DNA of 64,000 bases. Source: Gemmatimonadota bacterium (GTDB lineage: Bacteria; Gemmatimonadota; Gemmatimonadetes; Gemmatimonadales; GWC2-71-9). The stretch covers positions 32,001 to 96,000 of the forward strand of contig JBDHKN010000006.1 in the NCBI GenBank assembly GCA_039586365.1, written 5' to 3'. The position numbers and the translations under genes were made by a program. The number at the start of each line of letters is the position of its first letter. Position 1 is the stretch's first letter. The notes beneath the pieces were generated by a model. It made no database searches and had not been told where the DNA came from. It was given only the letters and a program-made list of their open reading frames with translations. Positions 48,370 through 57,912 of the stretch are shown here, one piece after another.

Positions 48370-48807
48370 TCAGCTGGAGACAGACTCGAATCCCTGAGTT
48401 GCATAGACCATAGCACGGTCAAAGAAGAGAACGACGTGGTTACTCAGCTCCAGGGCCTGATTCAAGTCCAGAGCCGTATCCAGGAAGCCCTCCGACAGGA
48501 CCTTGGACCACAATACTCGCCTGGTGATAATGAGAGCCTGAAGCAACTCTGAGAGTCTGAAACCCTCCTTGTGCCGCCGTTCTCCCAGTGCTGTGTAAAT
48601 GTCTCTTATCTCTTCCTTGGTGGTTTCGGAGGAGACCCATCTGCCAAGCTGGCTGTATACACTGTATGCACGCTCGTACAGCTCGCCTTCGTCGTATGTG
48701 TGGTAGGTTGGCGTGCTTTCGTGGGTGCGGACGATCTCCATCCATCTGCGGGTAAGCGGGTCAGCATTGCGCTGAATGAGATCCACGAGCTTGTTTGATA
48801 GGACCAT
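48370..48807 (-). CDS. Small helical protein, RsbRD-N/globin-like
   Basis: LVDLIQRNADPLTRRW, LGERRHKEGFRLSEL..AL and FFDRA; GGAGG RBS before 48807. Confidence 0.6.
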   Translation of the reverse strand: MVLSNKLVDLIQRNADPLTRRWMEIVRTHESTPTYHTYDEGELYERAYSVYSQLGRWVSSETTKEEIRDIYTALGERRHKEGFRLSELLQALIITRRVLWSKVLSEGFLDTALDLNQALELSNHVVLFFDRAMVYATQGFESVSS

Positions 48808-48918
48808 TGATCCGACCTCCTTCCCACAGAGAACTCGGTCAACCGCTGTAAACGCTGCATATATCGTATCTGGGTTCGCAGCGTAGTGCAACGAAGGGCG
48901 CTGGCCGAGTCCTAAGAA

Positions 48919-48945
48919 ACAGGGGCCGTGTCAGACGGCCCCTGT
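48919..48945 (-). terminator. Intrinsic terminator of hppA
   Basis: 11-bp stem ACAGGGGCCGT / ACGGCCCCTGT followed on the minus strand by TTCTT. Confidence 0.65.
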
Positions 48946-49004
48946 GGTGAAATTCCTGTTAGCTGCGCTCGGTCTGTGCCGACCGGCAGGAAACTCAGAC
49001 GCTC

Positions 49005-51083
49005 TCAGAGTGTGAGGAGCGGCGCAATCACCAGGCTCACTACAGCCATGAGCTTGATGAGAATGTTGAGTGAGGGCCCGGCAGTGTCCTTGAACGGGTC
49101 GCCCACGGTGTCTCCTACGACCGCTGCTTTGTGCGGATCGGAGCCTTTGCCACCGAAGTGACCGGCTTCAATGTGTTTCTTGGCGTTGTCCCAGGCACCA
49201 CCCGAGTTGGCCATGAAGAGCGCCATGAGCACGCCGGATGCAGTCACGCCAGCGAGCAGGCCGCCCAGCATCTCGGGCCTGCCTATGAATCCGACGACCA
49301 CAGGTACCAGCACGGCCAACAAGCCGGGCACAATCATTTGCTTGATGGCAGCCGCCGTGGAGATGTCCACGCAGCGGCGGAAATCGGCCTTGGCTTTGCC
49401 CTCCATCAAACCCGGAATGGTCTTGAACTGGTGCCGGACCTCTTCGATCATGGAAAACGCAGCCCTGCCCACGGCGGCCATCGCGAAACTCGAGAACAGG
49501 AACGGCATCGCGGAGCCGAGCAGGATGCCGACCATGACTTTGGGCACCATCACGTCGATGCTCTCCAGGCCCACGGTGGTGGTGAAGGCACTGAACAGGG
49601 CCAGTGCGGTGAGGGCGGCGGAACCTATCGCGAAGCCCTTACCGATTGCGGCGGTAGTGTTCCCCACCGCGTCCAGCTTGTCGGTGCGCGAACGCACCTC
49701 CGGACCCAGTCCGGCCATCTCGGAGATACCGCCTGCGTTGTCTGCGATCGGACCGTATGCGTCGACGGCGAGTTGGATGCCTGTGGTGGACAGCATGCCG
49801 AGGGCCGCGATGGCGATGCCGTACAGACCGGCAGTCTGGAAGGCGATGAGGACTGCGGCGCTGAGCGCGATGATCGGTAATGCGGTGCTCCTCATGCCGA
49901 GTGCTAGACCGGCGATGATGTTAGTGGCCGCGCCGGTCTCCGAAGCCTTGGAGATACGCTGCGCCGGGGAACGGTTTTCCGCGGTGTAGTACTCGGTGAT
50001 CAGACCGATGGCAATACCGCCTGCCAGGCCGGCTATGGCAGCCCAGAAAACGCCGATGGCGCTGTAGTCGCGCCCGGCAAAGGTCCATGTCTCGGGAAGG
50101 ACCATCCTGATCACGAAGAAGGAGACGACCAACATCAGAATTCCGGCGCCGAAGGTGCCAATGTTGAGAGCTGCCTGAGGGTTACCGCCTTCCTTTGTCC
50201 GTACGAAGAAGGTTCCGACGATTGATACAACGATTCCGATGCCGGCCAAGATCAGCGGCAGGAATACGGCGCTGAGCCCGCTGAACCCGTCGTTGGCCAT
50301 GACCGGAATAAAGGTGGCCCCCAGGATCATGGATCCCACGATCGAGCCGACATACGACTCGAACAGATCGGCGCCCATTCCGGCCACGTCACCGACATTG
50401 TCGCCCACATTGTCGGCGATGACGGCGGGATTGCGGGGGTCGTCTTCAGGGATGCCGGCTTCGACTTTGCCCACCAGGTCGGCACCGACGTCAGCAGCTT
50501 TGGTGTAGATCCCGCCGCCCACACGGGCGAACAGCGCGATCGACGAAGCTCCGAGCGAGAATCCCGTCACGACCTGCAGCACCCTGACCCAATCCCATCC
50601 CACGTCTCCGATAAAGAGGTTGCTGTAGACGATCAGGAGTAAGCTGAGACCGATCACAGCGAGGCCTACTACGGACATGCCCATGACGGCGCCGCCGGAG
50701 AAAGCCACACCCAGCGCGCCGTTTAGGCCGTCGCGTGCCTTGCTGGTCGTACGCACATTGGCTTTGGTGGCGATCCTCATGCCAAAGAACCCGGCGAGGG
50801 CCGAGCATGTGGCGCCAAACACGAAGGAGACCCCTATGAGCCAGTGGCTGGTCTCCTGACCCGCATTGCCTGCCGCCAGAAGCACTGCAACAATGACTAC
50901 GAATATCGAGAGGACCTTGTACTCTCTGGCCAGGAAGGCCATGGCCCCCTCATGGATATGGCCGGCGATTTCCTGCATGAGCTCGCTGCCGGCATCCTGC
51001 TTGCCGATCCATGCGGACTTCGCCAACGCGAACAGCAGGGCTAGAACACCCGCTGCCGGAATTAAGTAAAACCAACTCCCCAT
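49005..51083 (-). CDS. hppA: Membrane-bound ion-pumping pyrophosphatase (K+-dependent, probably Na+-translocating)
   Basis: [40 protein letters not shown] (Ala is the K+-dependent signature) and [10 protein letters not shown]. Confidence 0.95.
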   Translation of the reverse strand: MGSWFYLIPAAGVLALLFALAKSAWIGKQDAGSELMQEIAGHIHEGAMAFLAREYKVLSIFVVIVAVLLAAGNAGQETSHWLIGVSFVFGATCSALAGFFGMRIATKANVRTTSKARDGLNGALGVAFSGGAVMGMSVVGLAVIGLSLLLIVYSNLFIGDVGWDWVRVLQVVTGFSLGASSIALFARVGGGIYTKAADVGADLVGKVEAGIPEDDPRNPAVIADNVGDNVGDVAGMGADLFESYVGSIVGSMILGATFIPVMANDGFSGLSAVFLPLILAGIGIVVSIVGTFFVRTKEGGNPQAALNIGTFGAGILMLVVSFFVIRMVLPETWTFAGRDYSAIGVFWAAIAGLAGGIAIGLITEYYTAENRSPAQRISKASETGAATNIIAGLALGMRSTALPIIALSAAVLIAFQTAGLYGIAIAALGMLSTTGIQLAVDAYGPIADNAGGISEMAGLGPEVRSRTDKLDAVGNTTAAIGKGFAIGSAALTALALFSAFTTTVGLESIDVMVPKVMVGILLGSAMPFLFSSFAMAAVGRAAFSMIEEVRHQFKTIPGLMEGKAKADFRRCVDISTAAAIKQMIVPGLLAVLVPVVVGFIGRPEMLGGLLAGVTASGVLMALFMANSGGAWDNAKKHIEAGHFGGKGSDPHKAAVVGDTVGDPFKDTAGPSLNILIKLMAVVSLVIAPLLTL

Positions 51084-51452
51084 TGCCCACTCCTTTCATG
51101 ACCACACGGGGTGGCTGTCACAACAACTGAGCCATCATTCGGTTTGCGTGAAAATGCTGTCCCCGAAAGGGACGGAGAAATGTGGTTGGAGGACCAGTGG
51201 CTCCATGGCACCCGTGGTGCCAAGACGCCACCGGAACACCGGGGGGAATGCCTCCAACCGTTCTGAAGATGTATCTACCAAGTCTGGACCGTCTGCCAGA
51301 TCTGAGGAATGCCGTGTCTATCAGAGAGCCTGCAAACGTAGGAATATACCCTACTGGACCGGACATTTTGAGGGTCACAAGCCCGATTCGGCGCTGCGAA
51401 TTTCACATTCCGATCTGGCCGAGGTTGCACCCGCCATGCTCGCACTTCGGAC

Positions 51453-52085
51453 CTACCCGAGCCTGTCCAATACCTGGGCTACGACGTCGTCCGGCGTGCC
51501 AGATCCATCGACTGTCACGAGCACGCCGGCCTTCTCATAGTAGTCGGCGATCGGGATTGTCTCACTACGGTAGATGGCTAGACGTTCCTTGATTGCCTCA
51601 GGCTTATCGTCGTCGCGCTGGTACAACTCGCCACCGCACCTGTCGCAGATACCCTCTCGCTTGGGAGGAACGAACTTGAGGTGGAAGATCGTGCTGCAAT
51701 CGCGACACTGACGTCTGCCCGACAGCCGCTCGAGCGAGACCTCCTCAGGTACGTCGATCAGAACCGCCGTGTCGATCTGCGCGATCCCGGATAGTGCCTC
51801 GGCCTGTTTCAGGTTCCGCGGGAATCCATCGAGCATGAAGCCGTTCACGCAGTCATCCTTGGCGGTCCGTTCCTGCACCATTCCACACGTCACGTCGTCG
51901 GGCACCAGCTCACCTCGGTTCATGTACTCTTGAGCCTTCCTGCCAAACTCGGTCCCTTGTTTGAGCGCGTCACGGAACATGTCGCCGGTGGAGATGTGCG
52001 GAACTCCGAATCTATCCTTGATCTTGCCAATAACGGTGCCTTTGCCCGACCCTTGGGGGCCCAGGAATACCATGTTTCTAGCCAT
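51453..52085 (-). CDS. adk: Adenylate kinase with a zinc LID
   Basis: GPQGSGKGT, HISTGDMFR, LDGFPR, CRDC...CDRC and QRDDD. Confidence 0.96.
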   Translation of the reverse strand: MARNMVFLGPQGSGKGTVIGKIKDRFGVPHISTGDMFRDALKQGTEFGRKAQEYMNRGELVPDDVTCGMVQERTAKDDCVNGFMLDGFPRNLKQAEALSGIAQIDTAVLIDVPEEVSLERLSGRRQCRDCSTIFHLKFVPPKREGICDRCGGELYQRDDDKPEAIKERLAIYRSETIPIADYYEKAGVLVTVDGSGTPDDVVAQVLDRLG

Positions 52086-52452
52086 TGAGATTTCCTTTAA
52101 GCGGTCGCAGGAAAACAGTTGTTGGGAGGGAGCAGGTCAGGATGCCGCTGTTACTGCCGTACCATAGACGAACGAACGTACGATTGTTGAGTGGGAACGC
52201 CGTTGGATGTTGGCCCGGCACCGGTCCGCCTGTCTGAAGTGCTAGGAATTGTACGCATCGCAGTTGTTTCGACAAGTGTCCACTGAATAGCGCCACTACG
52301 ACCGGAACGGCGAGCGCGGATGTACACGTGCCGACAAGCGCCTAGCGACAGCGTTCGCTGCTGTCGTTGCACCGCTCATGACGTTGTGCGAGACAGCGCA
52401 CACCGCCTATAGCATATAGATGCAGGCTGGGGACACTGTCGTCGTCCGAACG

Positions 52453-52917
52453 TCAGCCCGATTCGATCGGAATGTTCATCACGATTGCTTGCAGTTTCTC
52501 CATAGTCTCTATGTAGCGCGTGAAATAGATCTCGCTTATTCGCGTAGCCAAGGCGTATCCCATCACCAGATCCTTGTCCATGAGGCTTTTCAGCGCGCTG
52601 CTGCTGACCTTGAGCAGATCGGAGTCTTCGGTGCACTGAGCGGTCAGCGCGTATGTATCTCTCCGGAAGCAGACACAGGAGCCAAACATCGCCCCTTTTC
52701 CCAACTGGTCGATGACGATGTTGACACCGCCTCGGCCAGGTAATCGCAGCGTGACCTCACCGTCGAGTATTGTGAAAAAGTGATCGGCCTTGGCCCCTTT
52801 TTGGTACACGATGTCTCCGGCCTTGTAGTCCACTCTCTCGGCAGCCTCGCTGATTGCGTGGACCTGTTCCGGACGCAGAAACCCGAACATGTCCTGTGAT
52901 ATGAGTTGTACAGCCAT
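52453..52917 (-). CDS. Stand-alone cyclic-nucleotide-binding domain protein
   Basis: YKAGDIVYQKG..ADHFFTILDGEV and LGKGAMFG; no HTH. Confidence 0.8.
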   Translation of the reverse strand: MAVQLISQDMFGFLRPEQVHAISEAAERVDYKAGDIVYQKGAKADHFFTILDGEVTLRLPGRGGVNIVIDQLGKGAMFGSCVCFRRDTYALTAQCTEDSDLLKVSSSALKSLMDKDLVMGYALATRISEIYFTRYIETMEKLQAIVMNIPIESG

Positions 52918-53069
52918 GATCATCCTCCTTGTCCTCTGTGAGGACTGAGATTGGACGTGATGACAGAAGTTGTCTCCTCAGGCGGTGCGGAGCCCCGAGA
53001 CTACTCGCACCACCTTGCTCTTGGGTTCTTCAGCCCCTTGTGACGCGCCCACATCGACGTTGGGCCAAC

Positions 53070-53918
53070 CTAGCCGTTTTCGTTGCCGCGGGTGGGGACC
53101 GGGAACCTGCCGCAAATGAGACCGGCCCCCACCAGGGTCAGGCCAAAGACGCAGACGATGAGTGGGCCTGTCGGCAGATCGAATTGGAACGACAGGCCGA
53201 GCCCCGCGGCTGATGCAAGAGCGGACGTCAGCCAACTGATCGCGAGCAACAGCACCATTTTCCGGGTGAACAGAAACGCGACAACCGCTGGCACTACCAA
53301 GAAAGTGAAGACGAGCAACACCCCTGCTATGGGTACCGCCATCGTAATGGCAACGCCGAAGGAAACGTAGAACAGGAAGTCCCACCACCTGATGTTCCAG
53401 CCGCGTTGCTCGGCGGAGCGCTCGTCCAGCGAGATCGTGACAAAACGCTCGCGGAAGAACCACTGAAACAGGCCCACAGCGAGGAACACCAGGGCCAGGT
53501 TGATTATCCCGGGCCAGTTGACCCAGAGAATGCTTCCCACCAGGATGTCTTTGACGGCCTCGGCCCCGGTGGCAGCGCCATGAGCCGCCAGCATGGTAGC
53601 GGCCGATGCCACGACGAACACGATCCCGATGATGGCTTCCTGTGGAACGCGGCGGCGTTCCAGCTTGGTCCGAGTCATGGCGAAGATGAGGGCTCCCAGG
53701 ACAGTGAACGCGAGTGCGAAGCCGTAGCCGTACCGCGAGTCGGGTGAGACCCCGGTGAGCAGCGCGCAGGTGCTGCCCAGCGCTGCCATCTGTGCGAGCG
53801 AGAGATCGACGAAGATCACCTCGCGCGCAATGATGTGAATCCCAAGATACCCGAACATGGCGACGAGCACCATGCAGGCTACAAAGGGGCCGATCATTAG
53901 CTGGATTAGATCTGACAT
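53070..53918 (-). CDS. Metal ABC transporter permease (ZnuB/MntB family)
   Basis: REVIFVDLSLAQMAALG, QEAIIG, ILVGSIL and GVLLVFTFLVVPA. Confidence 0.9.
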   Translation of the reverse strand: MSDLIQLMIGPFVACMVLVAMFGYLGIHIIAREVIFVDLSLAQMAALGSTCALLTGVSPDSRYGYGFALAFTVLGALIFAMTRTKLERRRVPQEAIIGIVFVVASAATMLAAHGAATGAEAVKDILVGSILWVNWPGIINLALVFLAVGLFQWFFRERFVTISLDERSAEQRGWNIRWWDFLFYVSFGVAITMAVPIAGVLLVFTFLVVPAVVAFLFTRKMVLLLAISWLTSALASAAGLGLSFQFDLPTGPLIVCVFGLTLVGAGLICGRFPVPTRGNENG

Positions 53919-53939
53919 TGGTTACCAGTTGGGTTCAGG

Positions 53940-55028
53940 TCATGTCCCACTTGCGGCGAGCGCCGCCGTTACTTCTTTCACCCAGAGGTCCATCAAGTCG
54001 ATGAACGTCTCGACCCCGGGGGTACCGGGAAGGACACTCGCCGGCACGATCACTGCTTCTGCTCCTGTCCTGCGTGCAACCAGCTCGACCTGGTCACGGG
54101 GAAAGTGAGCCGCTGACAGCAATACTCTGATGTTCCTGGACTGCATCAACGAGATGACTCTGGCGACGTGACGCGGTGTGGGTGGAATGCCAGGTTTGGG
54201 TTCGATGAACTCCGCACAGGGGATGCCAAACGCACGGGCGAAGTAGCTCCACGCCTTGTGGTAGCAGACGATTTCCCTCCCGCGGAATGGAGCTGTCTCT
54301 GCGAGCCACCCACCGATTCGGTCTGTCAGGGGATGTCCCTGATAGCTTTGTCGGGAGATGAATGACCAGAGTTCTCCGTCTCTATCGACTTCGGAAATGA
54401 GGTCTGTCCCCAGGAGGTCCACTAGCTCGTCCCCAACGTAGGCCCGCACGACCCGCTCTTTCCAGACCGCAAAGCGTTCGTCGTAGATGGCAGAGTTTTC
54501 TGGATCGATCCGCTTGAGTCCCGTCAGGATGTTCTCGCCTATGATGATGCCGTTGGCCGGCTCGTTCCAGATGTGCGGGCAGCCGTAGATGTGCGAGTCA
54601 CCCTCGGACCGACTGACTGTTTCGGGCACGTCTGCGAGCCGAATCCCGGTCGCCACGGCGACAAAACCTGGTGAGCCGCTGGCGACCCTGGGGTTGTTGG
54701 CTTTGTCCATCACCGCGGGCATCCACATCTCCAGATCGAGCCCGGTGGTGATCAGTAGGTCGGCCCGCCGCAGCGTCAGAGCGAGGCTCGGTTTCGGCTG
54801 CACGAAATGGGGATCTTCGGGGCCCTCTGCAAGTGACGCTATTTCGACCAGGTCACCCGCCACCTGGCGTGCAATATCGGCGTACGTCGTGAGTGACGTC
54901 ACAACGCGAAGCTGGCCGCGCCTGTGGCGGTGCCGGGACTGGGCATGCAGCAATGAGGCTGGCAGTGTCAGAGCTAGCGTCAGGGTCGCCACTGCCAGGA
55001 TGAACTGAGGTCGGCTGTTGTACTTCAT
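53940..55028 (-). CDS. Metal ABC transporter substrate-binding protein (ZnuA/TroA family)
   Basis: Signal peptide, RVVTS, DPHFVQPKP, GLDLEMW, PHIWNEP, YHKAWSYF and EPKPGIPPTPRH. Confidence 0.9.
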   Translation of the reverse strand: MKYNSRPQFILAVATLTLALTLPASLLHAQSRHRHRRGQLRVVTSLTTYADIARQVAGDLVEIASLAEGPEDPHFVQPKPSLALTLRRADLLITTGLDLEMWMPAVMDKANNPRVASGSPGFVAVATGIRLADVPETVSRSEGDSHIYGCPHIWNEPANGIIIGENILTGLKRIDPENSAIYDERFAVWKERVVRAYVGDELVDLLGTDLISEVDRDGELWSFISRQSYQGHPLTDRIGGWLAETAPFRGREIVCYHKAWSYFARAFGIPCAEFIEPKPGIPPTPRHVARVISLMQSRNIRVLLSAAHFPRDQVELVARRTGAEAVIVPASVLPGTPGVETFIDLMDLWVKEVTAALAASGT

Positions 55029-55029
55029 G

Positions 55030-56286
55030 TCAGTAGCTCTCGTGTTTGTGTGGACCAATTGACCAGACGATTTGGATCACGAACAGATCGGAGGTGTCCT
55101 TCCCGATCGCTGTTGCCGGCTCGGACAGGTGTCGCCACTCGGCTCTCAAGAAGACCCACTCGGATTGCCACCAGGTGAGTTGAGGTACGACGGCCCAGAC
55201 ATGCTCGTCGGAGTCGAGCCGCTCGACGTAGTCGAATCGGCCGCCGAGGTGGACTCTGCGAGAGGTCTGATAGTCGGCCGACACGTAACCGCCGTAGCGG
55301 ATGGTTCCGACACCACCAATCTTGCGCCGGACGCCGAAACCCTCGCCACGCAGAGTGAACGACCGGTACAGTGCCCGTTCCGGGGGTCGCCAGGTTATCC
55401 GCAGGTCGGTGCCAAACGCGGCTGTCGTCAGGTCCGCGTCCGGGTTTTCCCCGTATAGCGCGGTACCTCCGATCTGGAAGTAGGTTGACCGGTTCAGCTG
55501 CCAGAAGTTGTTCAGGTGACCCAAGACGGAGAGGCGTTTGCCACCGTCGAATAGCACGGCGTTGTTGGCCAGAGTGACCTGTCCCCAAGCTTCATGTACT
55601 CCACCCCCGACCGTGCTGATGGGAGCAAGCCAATAGAGGCTCATTCCTTCGCTTGCCAGGCCCTCGTCGCCGAAATACTCCGTGAGTACCAGGGGGTACT
55701 CGCTCTCCGGCAAAGCGTGCAAGTGCCACCGGTTCAGCTCGCCTGCCTGGAGGCGGAATCTGCCGATGTCGAGGCGTAGTCCACCGGGCAAGCCGGTCCA
55801 GTAGGCGTACGCCTCCTCGAGACCGACGTGGCCTTCACCGAAGGAGAAGAAGATCTTGGTGTTGGAGTAGGGATCGAGGGCCGATTGAAATCCGAAGGAG
55901 AACTCCCTGACGGCGATGTTGTTCTCCTGCGGACCAGGCCGGTTGCCCTGAAGTCTGACGTCGCCGGTGACACTGATTTCTGGATTCAAGCGGTTCAGGC
56001 TTCGGGAGCGGATAACGTGCTGCTCCGGTGTGGTGTCCGCCGGCTGTTCGGGGATTACCGCTCTGGCAGCGGCACGTAATGCGGCGAGTTCGTCCACCAC
56101 CTCGGTGGTGTCCTCGCCGGCCCGGACTAGCCGCTCCAGTACTTGCTGGAGCGAGTCCAGCCTGGCCTTGAGGATCCGAATCTCCTGCTCGAGCGAGTCG
56201 GCCCGCTCGGTGACCTCCTGTGCCTGTACGGGCAGCGGGATGATCCAGACGGCGAAAACCGCCAGGTAACGCAATCCGGTACGCAT
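55030..56286 (-). CDS. Outer-membrane beta-barrel protein associated with metal uptake
   Basis: Signal peptide, coiled coil, LNPEISV, EEAY, NRWHLHALP, amphipathic strands and C-terminal GPHKHESY. Confidence 0.75.
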   Translation of the reverse strand: MRTGLRYLAVFAVWIIPLPVQAQEVTERADSLEQEIRILKARLDSLQQVLERLVRAGEDTTEVVDELAALRAAARAVIPEQPADTTPEQHVIRSRSLNRLNPEISVTGDVRLQGNRPGPQENNIAVREFSFGFQSALDPYSNTKIFFSFGEGHVGLEEAYAYWTGLPGGLRLDIGRFRLQAGELNRWHLHALPESEYPLVLTEYFGDEGLASEGMSLYWLAPISTVGGGVHEAWGQVTLANNAVLFDGGKRLSVLGHLNNFWQLNRSTYFQIGGTALYGENPDADLTTAAFGTDLRITWRPPERALYRSFTLRGEGFGVRRKIGGVGTIRYGGYVSADYQTSRRVHLGGRFDYVERLDSDEHVWAVVPQLTWWQSEWVFLRAEWRHLSEPATAIGKDTSDLFVIQIVWSIGPHKHESY

Positions 56287-56379
56287 GTTTGTGCATCCTC
56301 GCTAGCGTCAAATGGAACACGCGGTCGCAGGCCCGACATTCGGGCCGCGTCCGTCAGTGCGTGAGGTCGATTTTGATCG

Positions 56380-56769
56380 CTAGTAGGACGGCGGTGCCCG
56401 AGCTGCGTTTGCGGGGGAGTCGCTGAGGGGTGAGGTACGGGGTTCTGCGCAGTTCAACGGTAGCTGCCAGGAGGTGACGTGTCCTACTGAGAACGTGTGG
56501 TCCGTCGCTGCCGAGAACTCCTGGCCAGCCCCGCAGATGAAACAGAAGGTCGCGACGCAGGAGACCGGATCCTGGTCGTGACCTGGTTGCGTGACCGATT
56601 CGGCTGTGTAAGGTGGCGGTTCGTCGGGATGGATAATGGGGTGGATGACAGGGAGCCAAGTGACTGTGGCGAGTTGCAGCCATGCCACCGCGAAGGGCAC
56701 CACCCTGCTGTGCCGACTGCAGCTGCGACCCTGGCTCCACATGGTTAACCAATCAAACAATTGAGCCAT
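56380..56769 (-). CDS. DUF2946/CruR-like leader ORF (hydrophobic N-terminus, His residues, CxxC, terminal RAPP)
   Basis: VVPFAVAWLQLATVTWLPVIHPIIH...CFIC...NAARAPPSY*; start uncertain (56769 or 56742). Confidence 0.65.
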   Translation of the reverse strand: MAQLFDWLTMWSQGRSCSRHSRVVPFAVAWLQLATVTWLPVIHPIIHPDEPPPYTAESVTQPGHDQDPVSCVATFCFICGAGQEFSAATDHTFSVGHVTSWQLPLNCAEPRTSPLSDSPANAARAPPSY

Positions 56770-56874
56770 TTCGCGGCATAGACTTCTCCGCTCTTCTTTC
56801 GGACGTGGCGACGCACAGATCAAAGGCGTGCTCAGCATCACGCTGGAGTCCCTGCCACCGAGTTGGTTGAGCGC

Positions 56875-57285
56875 TCAGACTAGAAGTTCCCTGACTTTCT
56901 CCAGGAACGCGTCTTTGTCGATCGGCTTGGGGAAGAAGCCGTTAGGCGCTGGTACCGAGCGACGACCGCTGATGAATTTCTCGTATCCGTACGGATCACC
57001 AGCGTATCCCTTTACAGCCGTGACGATGACCACCGGTATGGAGGCCAGCTCCGGATCAGTTCTAATCTCCTTGTAGAATCTCGCGCCGGTTGTCTCGGGC
57101 ATCAGAATGTCGAGCGTCACCAGGTCCGGTCTCTCTTGTCGCGCCATCGCGATGCCCTCTTTCCCATCACTTGCAGTGACGGTCGTGTAGCCCGCGTCGC
57201 TCAGCAGCATCTCGAGGTAACTAGCTACGTTTGGCTCGTCTTCTACAATGAGGATCTTCTTGGTGTTGTTTGCAGTTGTACTCAT
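56875..57285 (-). CDS. Single-domain response regulator (receiver)
   Basis: ILIVEDE, PDLVTLDILMP, IVTA and FPKPI. Confidence 0.9.
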   Translation of the reverse strand: MSTTANNTKKILIVEDEPNVASYLEMLLSDAGYTTVTASDGKEGIAMARQERPDLVTLDILMPETTGARFYKEIRTDPELASIPVVIVTAVKGYAGDPYGYEKFISGRRSVPAPNGFFPKPIDKDAFLEKVRELLV

Positions 57286-57336
57286 AGCGGGCCTCCTTCG
57301 GCCCAGAGTCAATCCAGGTTCGGTATCAAGGGACGC

Positions 57337-57882
57337 CTACCCGGATTCATCGGTTCCCGGTGGCGGTTTCTTCTTCAACATCGCGAGGGCACGACGTAGT
57401 GCGTGCGGATCCGCACCCTGAATCTCCTGTTCCAGTTCCTCTTTGAGGCTAATCCTGTCCGTAGTGTGCACCGTCTCTTCCACCCCCAAGGCCTCCTGGA
57501 CGATTCGTACGTAATCCAGCGGCCTCACCGGTTTTTCTAGGTAGACGCCGGTGCCGGACAATACCTTGCCTTCCATGATGTCTTCCATATCGTGCTGGCC
57601 AAGCTCATCCTGCGCATGTGCAGTAACGATCAGCACTGGAATCCGCGACAGGTCCTTGTCCTTGCGTAGCTCGTACAGCAGCCGGCGTCCACTCTTCCGT
57701 GGCATGACAAGGTCAAGCGAGATGAAGTCGGGCCGCCGCTCCTGAATCAGCTTGAGGGCTTGGTCGCCATCGGAAGCCCTGAGGACGTTGAAACCAGCGT
57801 CTTCGAGAATCTGAGCCAGGTAGGTCTGTACGTTCGGTTCGTCGTCGACTACTAGAACGATCTTGTCCTGGGCTCGTGCCAT
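57337..57882 (-). CDS. Response regulator receiver with a short C-terminal extension
   Basis: VLVVDDE, PDFISLDLVMP, IVTA and LEKPV. Confidence 0.9.
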   Translation of the reverse strand: MARAQDKIVLVVDDEPNVQTYLAQILEDAGFNVLRASDGDQALKLIQERRPDFISLDLVMPRKSGRRLLYELRKDKDLSRIPVLIVTAHAQDELGQHDMEDIMEGKVLSGTGVYLEKPVRPLDYVRIVQEALGVEETVHTTDRISLKEELEQEIQGADPHALRRALAMLKKKPPPGTDESG

Positions 57883-57912
57883 GGTATTGCCTCTTCGTAC
57901 ATTTGTCGTCCA

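Noticed and set aside
51206..51222. TGGCAC-N5-GTGCCA palindrome upstream of hppA as a sigma54 promoter or operator
   Set aside because: Single occurrence with an imperfect -12 element; could be chance in GC-rich DNA
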